From: Escherichia phage REP1
Direction: 5' to 3' (one strand)
Sequence record: OQ174500.1
DNA: 64,000 bases
This document shows positions 9,323 through 18,325 of this stretch, in pieces. Each line of letters begins with the position of its first letter. Position 1 is the first letter of the stretch. The notes under the pieces were generated by a model, which did no database searches, had not been told where the DNA came from, and worked only from the letters and a program-made list of their open reading frames with translations. The translations under genes were made by a program, and so were the position numbers.

Positions 9323-9808
9323 ATGATTACAGTAGATAAGTGGTTTAGAATTAATCGTGCTGATACAGGGCTGTGTAATTACTGGCCGGAACTTAGTGCA
9401 GGTACTGTCTTTAAAGTTCGTGAACTTGCAAAAGAATGTGAAGATGATATAGAACCTGATACTGGAATTATTGAAATTGAACTTTCTGATGGAAAGATTA
9501 TTAACATCTACGATAAGCCAATTACGTATTGGTGTTTGTGGAATACTGAATCAGTCGAAAATGGCGAAATTGAAGAAGTTGTAGAGCGAACTAATCAAGT
9601 TGTTCAGAAGCCTAAAGCCGATTTTCAAGGTGAACGTATTTCATACGCATTAGCTAAATTAGCTGCACAAGAAAATAACGATGGCTATGAAGGTAACCTG
9701 ATGCAAGCTGCCGCAGAATACATTGAATGGCTTGAAACTCAAATTTCTTTTTCTGACCGAATGATTCAGCAATATAAGCGATTGCATCAAATGTTTTACA
9801 ATACTTGA
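9323..9808 (+). CDS. pin: protease-inhibitor-like protein (T4 Pin position)
   Basis: 161 aa from ATG 9323; size and position immediately upstream of gene 49. Confidence 0.5.
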   Translation: MITVDKWFRINRADTGLCNYWPELSAGTVFKVRELAKECEDDIEPDTGIIEIELSDGKIINIYDKPITYWCLWNTESVENGEIEEVVERTNQVVQKPKADFQGERISYALAKLAAQENNDGYEGNLMQAAAEYIEWLETQISFSDRMIQQYKRLHQMFYNT

Positions 9809-9812
9809 AAAT

Positions 9813-9849
9813 AATAAATACCCTTATCTATTTAAGGTAAGGGTTTATT
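9813..9849 (+). promoter_or_regulatory. late-promoter-like AATAAATA plus hairpin sequestering the gene 49 RBS
   Basis: aataaata at 9813-9820; cccttatc...taaggg stem covers the SD region before ATG 9850. Confidence 0.45.
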
Positions 9850-10323
9850 ATGTTATTGACTGGCAAATTATATAAAGAAGAAAAACAGAAATTTTATGAT
9901 GCACAAAACGGTAAATGCTTAATTTGCCAACGAGAACTAAATCCTGATGTTCAAGCTAATCATCTTGACCATGACCATGAATTAAATGGACCAAAAGCAG
10001 GAAAGGTACGTGGATTGCTTTGTAATCTCTGTAATGCCGCAGAAGGTCAAATGAAGCATAAATTTAATCGTTCTGGCTTAAAGGGACAAGGTGTTGATTA
10101 TCTTGAATGGTTAGAAAATTTACTTACTTATTTAAAATCCGATTACACCCAAAATAATATTCACCCTAACTTTGTTGGAGATAAATCAAAGGAATTTTCT
10201 CGTTTAGGAAAAGAGGAAATGATGGCCGAGATGCTTCAAAGAGGATTTGAATATAATGAATCTGACACCAAAACACAATTAATAGCTTCATTTAAGAAGC
10301 AGCTTAGAAAGAGTTTAAAATGA
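9850..10323 (+). CDS. 49: endonuclease VII (Holliday junction resolvase)
   Basis: 157 aa; CxxC...HLDHDHELN...CNLCN His-Cys box. Confidence 0.8.
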   Translation: MLLTGKLYKEEKQKFYDAQNGKCLICQRELNPDVQANHLDHDHELNGPKAGKVRGLLCNLCNAAEGQMKHKFNRSGLKGQGVDYLEWLENLLTYLKSDYTQNNIHPNFVGDKSKEFSRLGKEEMMAEMLQRGFEYNESDTKTQLIASFKKQLRKSLK

Positions 10324-12137
10324 CAATTGAAAAAGAAATTGAAGGATTGATTCATAAAACTAATAAAGACCTTTTAAACGAGAATGCTAATAAAGATTCT
10401 CGTGTTTTTCCAACTCAACGGGACCTTATGGCTGGTATTGTGTCTAAACACATTGCCAAAAATATGGTCCCGTCTTTTATTATGAAAGCGCATGAAAGCG
10501 GAATTATTCATTTCCATGATATTGATTATTCCCCTGCTCTTCCATTTACTAATTGCTGTTTAGTAGATTTAAAAGGAATGCTTGAGAATGGATTTAAATT
10601 AGGCAATGCTCAAATTGAAACGCCTAAATCGATTGGTGTTGCTACTGCAATTATGGCACAAATTACTGCACAAGTTGCTTCCCATCAATACGGCGGAACG
10701 ACTTTTGCTAATGTAGATAAAGTACTTTCTCCTTATGTTAAACGCACCTATGCAAAACATATTGAGGATGCAGAAAAATGGCAAATCGCTGATGCGTTGA
10801 ATTATGCTCAATCCAAAACAGAAAAAGATGTATACGATGCATTCCAAGCTTATGAATATGAAGTAAATACTCTCTTTAGTTCAAACGGACAAACGCCTTT
10901 TGTAACAATTACATTTGGTACGGGAACTGACTGGACTGAACGAATGATTCAGAAAGCAATTCTGAAAAATCGTATTAAAGGTCTTGGTCGTGATGGAATA
11001 ACTCCTATTTTCCCTAAGCTTGTTATGTTTGTTGAAGAAGGTGTTAATCTTTATAAAGACGATCCGAACTATGATATTAAACAGCTTGCTCTAGAGTGCG
11101 CAAGCAAAAGAATGTATCCTGATATTATTTCAGCTAAGAACAATAAAGCTATCACCGGCTCATCTATTCCTGTTTCTCCAATGGGTTGTCGTAGTTTCTT
11201 GAGTGTGTGGAAAGATTCGACTGGCAATGAAATTCTTGATGGACGTAATAATCTCGGTGTTGTAACACTGAATCTTCCTCGTATCGCGTTAGATTCTTAT
11301 ATTGGAACACAATTCAATGAACAGAAATTTGTTGAGCTATTTAATGAACGAATGGATCTGTGTTTTGAAGCATTGATGTGTAGAATTAGTTCCTTAAAAG
11401 GAGTTAAAGCGACTGTTGCTCCTATTCTTTACCAAGAAGGTGCATTCGGGGTTCGTCTTAAACCTGATGACGATATAATTGAGTTATTTAAAAATGGTAG
11501 AAGTTCAGTGTCTCTAGGATACATTGGTATTCACGAATTGAATATTCTTGTCGGTCGTGATATTGGACGAGAAATTTTAACTAAAATGAATGCTCATCTT
11601 AAGCAGTGGACTGAAAGAACCGGATTTGCTTTTAGTTTATATTCGACTCCTGCTGAAAACCTTTGTTATCGCTTCTGTAAACTTGATACAGAAAAATATG
11701 GAAGTGTAAAAGATGTTACCGATAAAGGCTGGTACACTAACAGTTTCCACGTTTCAGTAGAAGAAAATATTACTCCGTTTGAAAAGATTTCTCGTGAAGC
11801 GCCATATCATTTCATTGCGACAGGTGGTCACATTTCTTATGTTGAACTTCCTGATATGAAAAATAACTTAAAGGGTCTTGAGGCCGTATGGGATTATGCT
11901 GCACAACATTTAGATTATTTTGGTGTTAACATGCCAGTAGATAAATGTTTTACATGTGGAAGTACCCATGAAATGACTCCTACTGAAAATGGATTTGTTT
12001 GTTCTATTTGTGGAGAAACTGATCCTAAAAAGATGAACACAATAAGAAGAACATGTGGTTATTTGGGAAATCCGAACGAACGCGGATTTAATCTCGGCAA
12101 AAATAAAGAAATCATGCATAGGGTTAAGCACCAATGA
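10320..12137 (+). CDS. nrdD: anaerobic ribonucleoside-triphosphate reductase
   Basis: 605 aa; C-terminal zinc ribbon CFTCGS...CSICG and glycyl-radical motif RTCGYLG; uninterrupted. Confidence 0.9.
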   Translation: MTIEKEIEGLIHKTNKDLLNENANKDSRVFPTQRDLMAGIVSKHIAKNMVPSFIMKAHESGIIHFHDIDYSPALPFTNCCLVDLKGMLENGFKLGNAQIETPKSIGVATAIMAQITAQVASHQYGGTTFANVDKVLSPYVKRTYAKHIEDAEKWQIADALNYAQSKTEKDVYDAFQAYEYEVNTLFSSNGQTPFVTITFGTGTDWTERMIQKAILKNRIKGLGRDGITPIFPKLVMFVEEGVNLYKDDPNYDIKQLALECASKRMYPDIISAKNNKAITGSSIPVSPMGCRSFLSVWKDSTGNEILDGRNNLGVVTLNLPRIALDSYIGTQFNEQKFVELFNERMDLCFEALMCRISSLKGVKATVAPILYQEGAFGVRLKPDDDIIELFKNGRSSVSLGYIGIHELNILVGRDIGREILTKMNAHLKQWTERTGFAFSLYSTPAENLCYRFCKLDTEKYGSVKDVTDKGWYTNSFHVSVEENITPFEKISREAPYHFIATGGHISYVELPDMKNNLKGLEAVWDYAAQHLDYFGVNMPVDKCFTCGSTHEMTPTENGFVCSICGETDPKKMNTIRRTCGYLGNPNERGFNLGKNKEIMHRVKHQ

Positions 12138-12604
12138 ATTATGATAGATTTTATCCTTGCGATTTTGTTAATGGTCCTGGCTGCAGGACCGTTCTTTTCG
12201 TTACAGGTTGTTTGCATAAATGCGAAGGGTGTTATAATAAATCAACATGGAATGCTAGAAATGGTGTTCCATTCACTGGTGAAACACTAGAACAATTAAT
12301 TGAATGTTTGAATAATGATTATATAGAAGGATTGACTATAACCGGAGGTGACCCTCTCTATCCTGATAACAGAGACGTGATTCACTCTGTGGTTCAAACT
12401 ATTAAAAATCTTTATCCCAATAAAAGCATTTGGTTGTGGACAGGATATAAGTTTGAAGATATTAAACAACTAGAAATGCTTAAATATGTTGATGTTATTA
12501 TTGATGGGAAGTATGAGAAAAATCTTCCGACTAAAAAGCTGTGGCGAGGATCAGATAATCAGCGACTTTGGTCAAATACCGATGGGGTGTGGAAACATGA
12601 TTAA
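12134..12604 (+). CDS. nrdG: anaerobic RNR activating enzyme (radical SAM)
   Basis: 156 aa; CLHKCEGC (CxxxCxxC) cluster; ATGA overlap with nrdD. Confidence 0.85.
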   Translation: MNYDRFYPCDFVNGPGCRTVLFVTGCLHKCEGCYNKSTWNARNGVPFTGETLEQLIECLNNDYIEGLTITGGDPLYPDNRDVIHSVVQTIKNLYPNKSIWLWTGYKFEDIKQLEMLKYVDVIIDGKYEKNLPTKKLWRGSDNQRLWSNTDGVWKHD

Positions 12605-12719
12605 ATTGAATTATATTATGGACACTATAAATGATATGATTTTTCATTTTGGTCCAGAATTTTATTCGCAATATAGTTTAGTGCTTATCAATGCTTGGTT
12701 AATCAATTAAGGGTAAAAT

Positions 12720-12935
12720 ATGTATAAATTTCGTAAAGGTTTAGCTGATTTTCTTACAACTGTAACGTTCTTTCTGTTTATGGCAGTTGGAGCTATTTTT
12801 CTTATTCCTTTTATTGTTGTATTTTTCGTGATTAGTTTAATTTCTCCAGAAAAGGGCTTATCTTCTAGTGAGTTCAATGAGCGTCTGGATAAAATTACTA
12901 ACAAGCTGAATGCGGTTCTTGATAAAAAGGATTAA
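12720..12935 (+). CDS. small membrane protein
   Basis: 71 aa; long hydrophobic stretch LTTVTFFLFMAVGAIFLIPFIVVFFVISLI. Confidence 0.55.
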   Translation: MYKFRKGLADFLTTVTFFLFMAVGAIFLIPFIVVFFVISLISPEKGLSSSEFNERLDKITNKLNAVLDKKD

Positions 12936-12937
12936 TT

Positions 12938-13249
12938 ATGATTAGTTTTGAGCGGTATGTAGTAGAGAGTTGGAATGGTTTTGATATGTTCGGTAATGAC
13001 TATTATTTCTATGAATGTAGTCTGAACCCAAGCTTCTGGGCTGGACGTGAACAAGACCTCGAAGAAATCAACGCTCGTGCCGATTTGTTAGGTGAACTGC
13101 CTACGGTTTATTTTACCTTTGATGAATCCGGCTTCGTTATCCAGGTTTATTTTCCTGAAGAAAACTCTGGTGAGGATTCTGTTAATCCTCCTTATTGGGC
13201 TTACCAAGGAATTATTTCTCGTGGAACAAAACTCGAACTTAAAGAATAA
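12938..13249 (+). CDS. hypothetical protein
   Basis: 103-codon ORF starting 2 nt after the upstream stop. Confidence 0.55.
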   Translation: MISFERYVVESWNGFDMFGNDYYFYECSLNPSFWAGREQDLEEINARADLLGELPTVYFTFDESGFVIQVYFPEENSGEDSVNPPYWAYQGIISRGTKLELKE

Positions 13250-13544
13250 GATTGAAGTCTATGGAATTCCAGATGAAGTAGGTCGTTGTCCTGGATGTCA
13301 ATCAGTTACAAAACTTCTAAAGGAGCTCAATGCTCCTTTTACTTTTTATAAAGTTCTTACTAATAATGGTAAGATTGAGTATGATCGTCAACTGATTGTA
13401 TCTCTTGCTAAACGCGCTGGATTCACATCTCTTAACATTCGTTATCCAGTCATTTTCATTAATGATTCCAGACAAAAGAACATTAAACACTTCAAAGAAA
13501 CTCTCATTTCACTTGGATATGATAGAGATATCATAGAAGACTAA
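13221..13544 (+). CDS. glutaredoxin/NrdH-like thiol-disulfide oxidoreductase
   Basis: VYG...CPGC active-site context; no in-frame ATG after the upstream stop, candidate GTG start at 13221 with AAGGA 10 nt upstream; overlaps the previous ORF. Confidence 0.55.
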   Translation: MEQNSNLKNKIEVYGIPDEVGRCPGCQSVTKLLKELNAPFTFYKVLTNNGKIEYDRQLIVSLAKRAGFTSLNIRYPVIFINDSRQKNIKHFKETLISLGYDRDIIED

Positions 13545-13545
13545 G

Positions 13546-13566
13546 ATGGGCCCTCTGGGCCTTTCT
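13546..13566 (+). terminator. GC hairpin plus T-rich tract
   Basis: gggccctctgggcc followed by tttctttctt. Confidence 0.5.
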
Positions 13567-13642
13567 TTCTTACATTCTGTATATTACCATTCTAAGCTAT
13601 CGTTCCTTTCTTATCATTCCCTAAAATATTTTTCACAAAGTT

Positions 13643-13672
13643 GTTTACAACAAGTTCAAACCGTGGTATTAT
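13643..13672 (+). promoter_or_regulatory. T4-type early promoter
   Basis: GTTTAC, 18 bp, GTGGTATTAT. Confidence 0.55.
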
Positions 13673-13702
13673 TAACATATGAATTACCTTTGAGGAATTG
13701 AT

Positions 13703-13885
13703 ATGATTATGGTTGATAAAGAAATTAAAAAGGGACAGTATTATCTCATTAATGGTAATGCTGTTCGTGTTACTCATGTAAATAGTTTTGAAGTTTGCTA
13801 TATTATACTCAAGTTACATAAACGCATGATTTGCGATCGTGCTGCATTTAGTTCAGTTGCTAAGGAAATTAAACTCCATGGGTAA
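13703..13885 (+). CDS. hypothetical small protein
   Basis: 60-codon ORF downstream of the promoter with GAGGAA RBS. Confidence 0.5.
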   Translation: MIMVDKEIKKGQYYLINGNAVRVTHVNSFEVCYIILKLHKRMICDRAAFSSVAKEIKLHG

Positions 13886-14171
13886 AACGTATCGTCGTAA
13901 AGATTTAAAAGTACGTGATTATGACTATTTCGGAAAGCGTAAAGCTCCTGATGGTGTAAGTCATAAAGATATGGTTGAAAACATTTTTCGCTCAGATAAA
14001 TGGCGTAGAATGAAAGGCATTGATTCAGAAGTTAAAGATGAGCTAAATCGCCAATTACGTGGTGAAGTAAGAAAGTTGAAAAAATCAGTTTACATTGACG
14101 ATGATTTTGATTATAATACTTCTCAACGAGTTGCTAAACGTAAATCAAACGAGTGTTATCGTTACAGCTGA
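13878..14171 (+). CDS. hypothetical basic protein
   Basis: 97 aa from ATG 13878 overlapping the upstream stop; track start 13839 is upstream in the same frame. Confidence 0.5.
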   Translation: MGKTYRRKDLKVRDYDYFGKRKAPDGVSHKDMVENIFRSDKWRRMKGIDSEVKDELNRQLRGEVRKLKKSVYIDDDFDYNTSQRVAKRKSNECYRYS

Positions 14172-14178
14172 GGAAAAT

Positions 14179-14310
14179 ATGAATATCAAACGAATGCTTT
14201 TTAAGCAGGGGTTATACACTTTAAATGTTACTCCAAAAGGCGATACAACTAAGTGGTCAGTAAATGACTGGATTAAATTCATTGATGAAAATGGTAATTG
14301 GGAAATTTAA
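14179..14310 (+). CDS. hypothetical small protein
   Basis: 43 aa from ATG 14179 with GAGGAAAAT RBS; track start 14095 overlaps the previous gene. Confidence 0.4.
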   Translation: MNIKRMLFKQGLYTLNVTPKGDTTKWSVNDWIKFIDENGNWEI

Positions 14311-14511
14311 ATGAATCCTGAATCTAAATTATCGCAACGAATTGCCGAAGCTCGTCGTCAGTTCTTTGAAAATATGATAGCACAAGGTATTGATGATGAA
14401 GTTTTTCTAAACTGGTTTTGGAATCACAAATATTCAAGTTGCTCAGGAGCAATATTAATATCAGCCGCAATGATGTACGAAGGCTGGAAGGGTGCCAAAA
14501 AGTTTAGCTAA
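14311..14511 (+). CDS. hypothetical small protein
   Basis: 66-codon ORF followed by a UUCG hairpin. Confidence 0.5.
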   Translation: MNPESKLSQRIAEARRQFFENMIAQGIDDEVFLNWFWNHKYSSCSGAILISAAMMYEGWKGAKKFS

Positions 14512-14513
14512 GG

Positions 14514-14535
14514 GCTTCGGCCCTTTTTGGATAAT
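14514..14535 (+). terminator. UUCG-tetraloop hairpin with T-run
   Basis: agggc-ttcg-gccct then ttttgg. Confidence 0.55.
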
Positions 14536-14563
14536 AAAATTTTAACGTAATTGAGGATAATGT

Positions 14564-14890
14564 ATGACTATTCAAATTAAAAACGTCATTAATTCTTACG
14601 CATATGATAAAGTAGTTTCTTTGCTAGAAAAAGGCGATATTGTAACTCCTCAAAGTTTGGATAAATGGGAAAAAGAGCTTCATCAAACGATGAAACAGAA
14701 TGATCAGAAGATTGGACGCAATACTGTCCGTGAATTGTTGGTTCAATATATCTTGTCAGAATTTGATGTTAAAGCTTTTGGTGTAGAATCTAAAGCTTAT
14801 CAAAAGCATGAAATTTCCGATAAAACTATTCGTCGCATGAAAAATCAACGCAAGAAAAAATTTGCAGACCTGAAAATTACTAAGGTATAA
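14564..14890 (+). CDS. hypothetical protein
   Basis: 108-codon ORF with GAGGATAA RBS. Confidence 0.55.
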   Translation: MTIQIKNVINSYAYDKVVSLLEKGDIVTPQSLDKWEKELHQTMKQNDQKIGRNTVRELLVQYILSEFDVKAFGVESKAYQKHEISDKTIRRMKNQRKKKFADLKITKV

Positions 14891-14892
14891 TT

Positions 14893-15108
14893 ATGAACGA
14901 AGCTCTTATTAACGATTTGCGTCTTGCTGGATATGAAGTAAATACAAATGGCATTGGTTTAACTCAAATTGAAGGAAACGGATTCATCCTTGAGTATGAA
15001 TTTAGCCAATGGTGGTTATATGCCAATTATGGCGAATTGATTGAATACGTTGACCAATTTGATTCACTAGATGCAGCTCTTGAAGCGGCTAAGTTGATGA
15101 ATGTATGA
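14893..15108 (+). CDS. hypothetical small protein
   Basis: 71-codon ORF. Confidence 0.5.
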   Translation: MNEALINDLRLAGYEVNTNGIGLTQIEGNGFILEYEFSQWWLYANYGELIEYVDQFDSLDAALEAAKLMNV

Positions 15109-15374
15109 AATTTATTAATATTTCTATTACTATTGAAAATTATGGCATTTTCTATGTTGACCAATACATGAAAATTTCATTTTTCCCAAATAAGACTGGT
15201 GTTGGATATTGGGAAAGCCATGTTTCTGAATTAAATGAAAGTGAATATGTTAGTACACATGAAAAGTTTTTAGACTTTTTATATCATGCTGATCTAACTA
15301 GTCATTATATAGATATTCATGAATTTAAAAAGATGATGGAAAAAGTATTCCAAGCATACTGTTTACTTAGATAA
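15105..15374 (+). CDS. hypothetical protein
   Basis: 89-codon ORF, ATGA overlap with the upstream gene. Confidence 0.5.
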   Translation: MKFINISITIENYGIFYVDQYMKISFFPNKTGVGYWESHVSELNESEYVSTHEKFLDFLYHADLTSHYIDIHEFKKMMEKVFQAYCLLR

Positions 15375-15452
15375 CTGATATCCTCTATGCTTTAAGATAG
15401 ATCTTCAAATATTATGATATAATAGATCTATGAATTGAGCTAAGAGGTGAAA

Positions 15453-16010
15453 ATGTCAGAAACTAAGCCTAAATATAATTACGTAAACAATAAAGAGCTT
15501 TTACAAGCTATTATTGATTGGAAAACAGAATTAGCAAATAATAAAGACCCAAATAAAGTAGTTCGTCAGAATGATACTATCGGATTAGCCATTATGCTTA
15601 TTGCAGAAGGCTTATCTAAGCGTTTCAACTTTTCAGGATACACCCAGTCTTGGAAACAAGAAATGATTGCAGATGGTATAGAAGCTTCTATTAAGGGGCT
15701 TCACAATTTTGATGAAACGAAATATAAAAACCCACATGCATATATAACTCAAGCTTGTTTTAATGCATTCGTCCAGCGTATTAAAAAAGAACGTAAGGAA
15801 GTTGCAAAGAAATATAGTTACTTCGTTCACAATGTCTATGACAGCCGTGACGACGATATGGTTGCGTTAGTAGATGAAACTTTTATTCAAGACATCTATG
15901 ATAAAATGACGCATTACGAAGAATCAACCTATAGAACACCGGGGGCTGAAAAGAAAAGTGTTGTAGACGATTCTCCTAGTTTGGATTTTTTATATGAGGC
16001 TAACGATTAA
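15453..16010 (+). CDS. 55: late-transcription sigma factor gp55
   Basis: 185 aa from ATG 15453 ([20 protein letters not shown]...), matches recalled T4 gp55; AAGAGGTGA RBS. Confidence 0.9.
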
Positions 16011-16212
16011 CCTCTCCGGATTCTTGGAAGAAATACCTGAAGTTGAAGCTATTCCCTATTTACTTAAAATGTATCTCAGGGAAGTTTTAGCTCTTGACAT
16101 TGATATTGATCCAGAAAATCCGTATGATACCGCTTTTAAATCTAATGGTGTAGAATTAAACTATCGGTATCATTTAACAGATGATGATTTTTATTTTATA
16201 TTAGAGAAATAA
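15994..16212 (+). CDS. hypothetical small protein
   Basis: 72-codon ORF overlapping the end of gene 55. Confidence 0.45.
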
Positions 16213-16213
16213 T

Positions 16214-16531
16214 ATGACTGATAAACCCGAAATTAATGATGAAGTGGAAAAGCTTATTTCTTCTATTGAAGAAAAGAACCGTCTTGAAGCAGAAAGAAAA
16301 GCAAATAAGTTATTGTCTAAAAACAAACGCGAACTGAACCGTCTTTATAAACACGCTCAGATTGCAGCTGAAAACAATAATTTTGCTCAATACGAATATG
16401 CTATCAAGAAAAGTCGGGATATTCTAAAACAGCCATATAACGATGAACTTATTAGTATTCTTTGGAAGACTACTAGATCGCAGATTGAGGATATGATTGA
16501 TGCTTACACACGTAAAATTCAAGCGTCTTAA
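16214..16531 (+). CDS. hypothetical coiled-coil protein
   Basis: 105-codon ORF. Confidence 0.5.
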   Translation: MTDKPEINDEVEKLISSIEEKNRLEAERKANKLLSKNKRELNRLYKHAQIAAENNNFAQYEYAIKKSRDILKQPYNDELISILWKTTRSQIEDMIDAYTRKIQAS

Positions 16532-16703
16532 AATTAATGCAGGATTTACTGAATCTTTGAATGGTCATCTTTGTGTGAAAATTTCTGAAAAAGAATACCA
16601 TGATAGTTCAATTAAAGAAGTTAATCCTCCTATTGTAAGAGCAGACCCTAATATGAAAGTGTGGGTTGATTCTTATCAAGTCAAAAAATGGTGGCAACTG
16701 TGA
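16500..16703 (+). CDS. hypothetical small protein
   Basis: 67 aa from ATG 16500, overlapping the previous gene by 32 nt. Confidence 0.4.
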   Translation: MLTHVKFKRLKINAGFTESLNGHLCVKISEKEYHDSSIKEVNPPIVRADPNMKVWVDSYQVKKWWQL

Positions 16704-16877
16704 AAGATGAACGCCCAGACTTGTGAAATAGATTATAATAAAATTCGTTCCTCTAAAGTAGAAATGATGAGACGCTTTAAAGAGTCTCATGATAAAGCTA
16801 AAGCAGAAGGAACTATAACATATAAGCGTATAAAATTTAGAAGCTCTAATGAGCCTCTGTATGGTGTATTATGCGGA

Positions 16878-16893
16878 TAGGAGCTTCGGCTCC
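16878..16893 (+). terminator. UUCG-tetraloop hairpin
   Basis: ggagc-ttcg-gctcc. Confidence 0.45.
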
Positions 16894-16896
16894 TAT

Positions 16897-16921
16897 ATTG
16901 CTTTATAAATTTTTGGTAAAA
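16897..16921 (+). promoter_or_regulatory. MotA-dependent middle promoter candidate for agt
   Basis: MotA box aTTGCTTTA with TAAAAT -10 about 15 nt downstream; same geometry as the gene 45 promoter at 22715. Confidence 0.5.
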
Positions 16922-16946
16922 TAAACCAAAACAATGAGGATATTAA

Positions 16947-18149
16947 ATGAAAGTATGCATTTTTATGGCTCGAGGTCTTGAAGGTTGTGGCGTAACTAAA
17001 TTTTCTCTTGAGCAGCGTGATTGGTTTATTAAAAATGGTCATGAAGTAACTTTGGTTTATGCTAAAGATAAATCATTTACCCGTAATTGCGCGCATGATT
17101 ATAAATCATTTTCAATTCCGGTTTTATTGGCAAAAGAATACGATAAAACACTTAAACTGGTAAATGATTGTGATATTCTAATTATCAATTCAGTTCCTGC
17201 TACTTCGGTTGAAGAAGACACTATTAATAACTATAAAAAAATTATTGATAACATTAAACCTTCTGTTCGTGTTGTAGTTTATCAACATGACCATTCTTCT
17301 CTTTCTTTGCGTCGAAATTTGGGATTAGAAGAAACTGTTCGTCGAGCTGATGTTATTTTTAGCCATTCTGATAATGGTGATTTTAATAAAGTTCTGATGA
17401 AAGAATGGTATCCAGAAACTGTTTCTCTGTTTGATGATATTGAAGAAGCACCGACAGTATATAACTTTCAGCCTCCTATGGATATTGCGAAGGTTCGGTC
17501 AACATACTGGAAAGATGTTTCTGAAATTAACATGAATATCAACCGTTGGATTGGTCGTACGACTACATGGAAAGGTTTTTATCAGATGTTTGATTTTCAT
17601 GAAAAACATCTTAAACCTGCAGGACTAAGTACTATTATGGAAGGTCTGGAACGTTCTCCAGCGTTCATTCCCATTAAAGAAAAAGGAATTCCATACGAGT
17701 ATTATCGTCTTCATCAAGTAGACCAAATTAAAATTGCTCCTAATTTGCCAACGCAAATTCTTGACCGTTATGTAAATAGCGAAATGCTTGAACGTATGAG
17801 TAAATCCGGATTTGGTTATCAGCTGAGTAAGTTGGACAAAAAATATCTACAACGTTCTTTAGAATATACTCATCTCGAGCTTGGTGCATGTGGAACAATT
17901 CCGGTATTTTGGAAATCTACTGGCGAAAATTTAAAATTCCGTGTTGATAATACTCCTTTGACCTCGCATGATAGCGGTATCATTTGGTTTGATGAAAATG
18001 ACATGGAATCAACATTTGAACGTATTAAAGAACTGTCATCTGACCGAGCTCTTTATGACCGTGAGCGAGAAAAAGCATATGAATTTTTGTATCAGCATCA
18101 AGATTCAAGCTTCTGCTTTAAAGAACAGTTTGACATTATTACAAAATAA
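16947..18149 (+). CDS. agt: DNA alpha-glucosyltransferase
   Basis: 400 aa; MKVCIFMARGLEGCGVTKF... matches recalled T4 alpha-gt; position between 55 and 47. Confidence 0.85.
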   Translation: MKVCIFMARGLEGCGVTKFSLEQRDWFIKNGHEVTLVYAKDKSFTRNCAHDYKSFSIPVLLAKEYDKTLKLVNDCDILIINSVPATSVEEDTINNYKKIIDNIKPSVRVVVYQHDHSSLSLRRNLGLEETVRRADVIFSHSDNGDFNKVLMKEWYPETVSLFDDIEEAPTVYNFQPPMDIAKVRSTYWKDVSEINMNINRWIGRTTTWKGFYQMFDFHEKHLKPAGLSTIMEGLERSPAFIPIKEKGIPYEYYRLHQVDQIKIAPNLPTQILDRYVNSEMLERMSKSGFGYQLSKLDKKYLQRSLEYTHLELGACGTIPVFWKSTGENLKFRVDNTPLTSHDSGIIWFDENDMESTFERIKELSSDRALYDREREKAYEFLYQHQDSSFCFKEQFDIITK

Positions 18150-18165
18150 AGGGCTTCGGCCCTTT
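18150..18165 (+). terminator. UUCG-tetraloop hairpin
   Basis: agggc-ttcg-gccct directly after the agt stop. Confidence 0.55.
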
Positions 18166-18325
18166 AGCTTTATGCGGAGTTTGATATAATGATATTTCTT
18201 GGATATGTGATACTTTTTCTTGCATTTTATCTATTCACTAGAGCATGTTGGATTGGGTTCTTTAGCACTCCAGATGGATTTATTTCAATAATTTTATTTT
18301 GCATTTCAATGACGGTTCTTGATAT

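Noticed and set aside
12486-12710. 74-codon track ORF overlapping the 3' end of nrdG
   Set aside because: More than half of it lies inside nrdG in another frame, no RBS, and no conserved features.
15361-15366. GTTTAC hexamer at the end of ORF 15105-15374 as an early promoter for gene 55
   Set aside because: No acceptable -10 element 16-19 bp downstream; the MotA-box-like TGCTTTA at 15388 also lacks a convincing -10, so no promoter was called.
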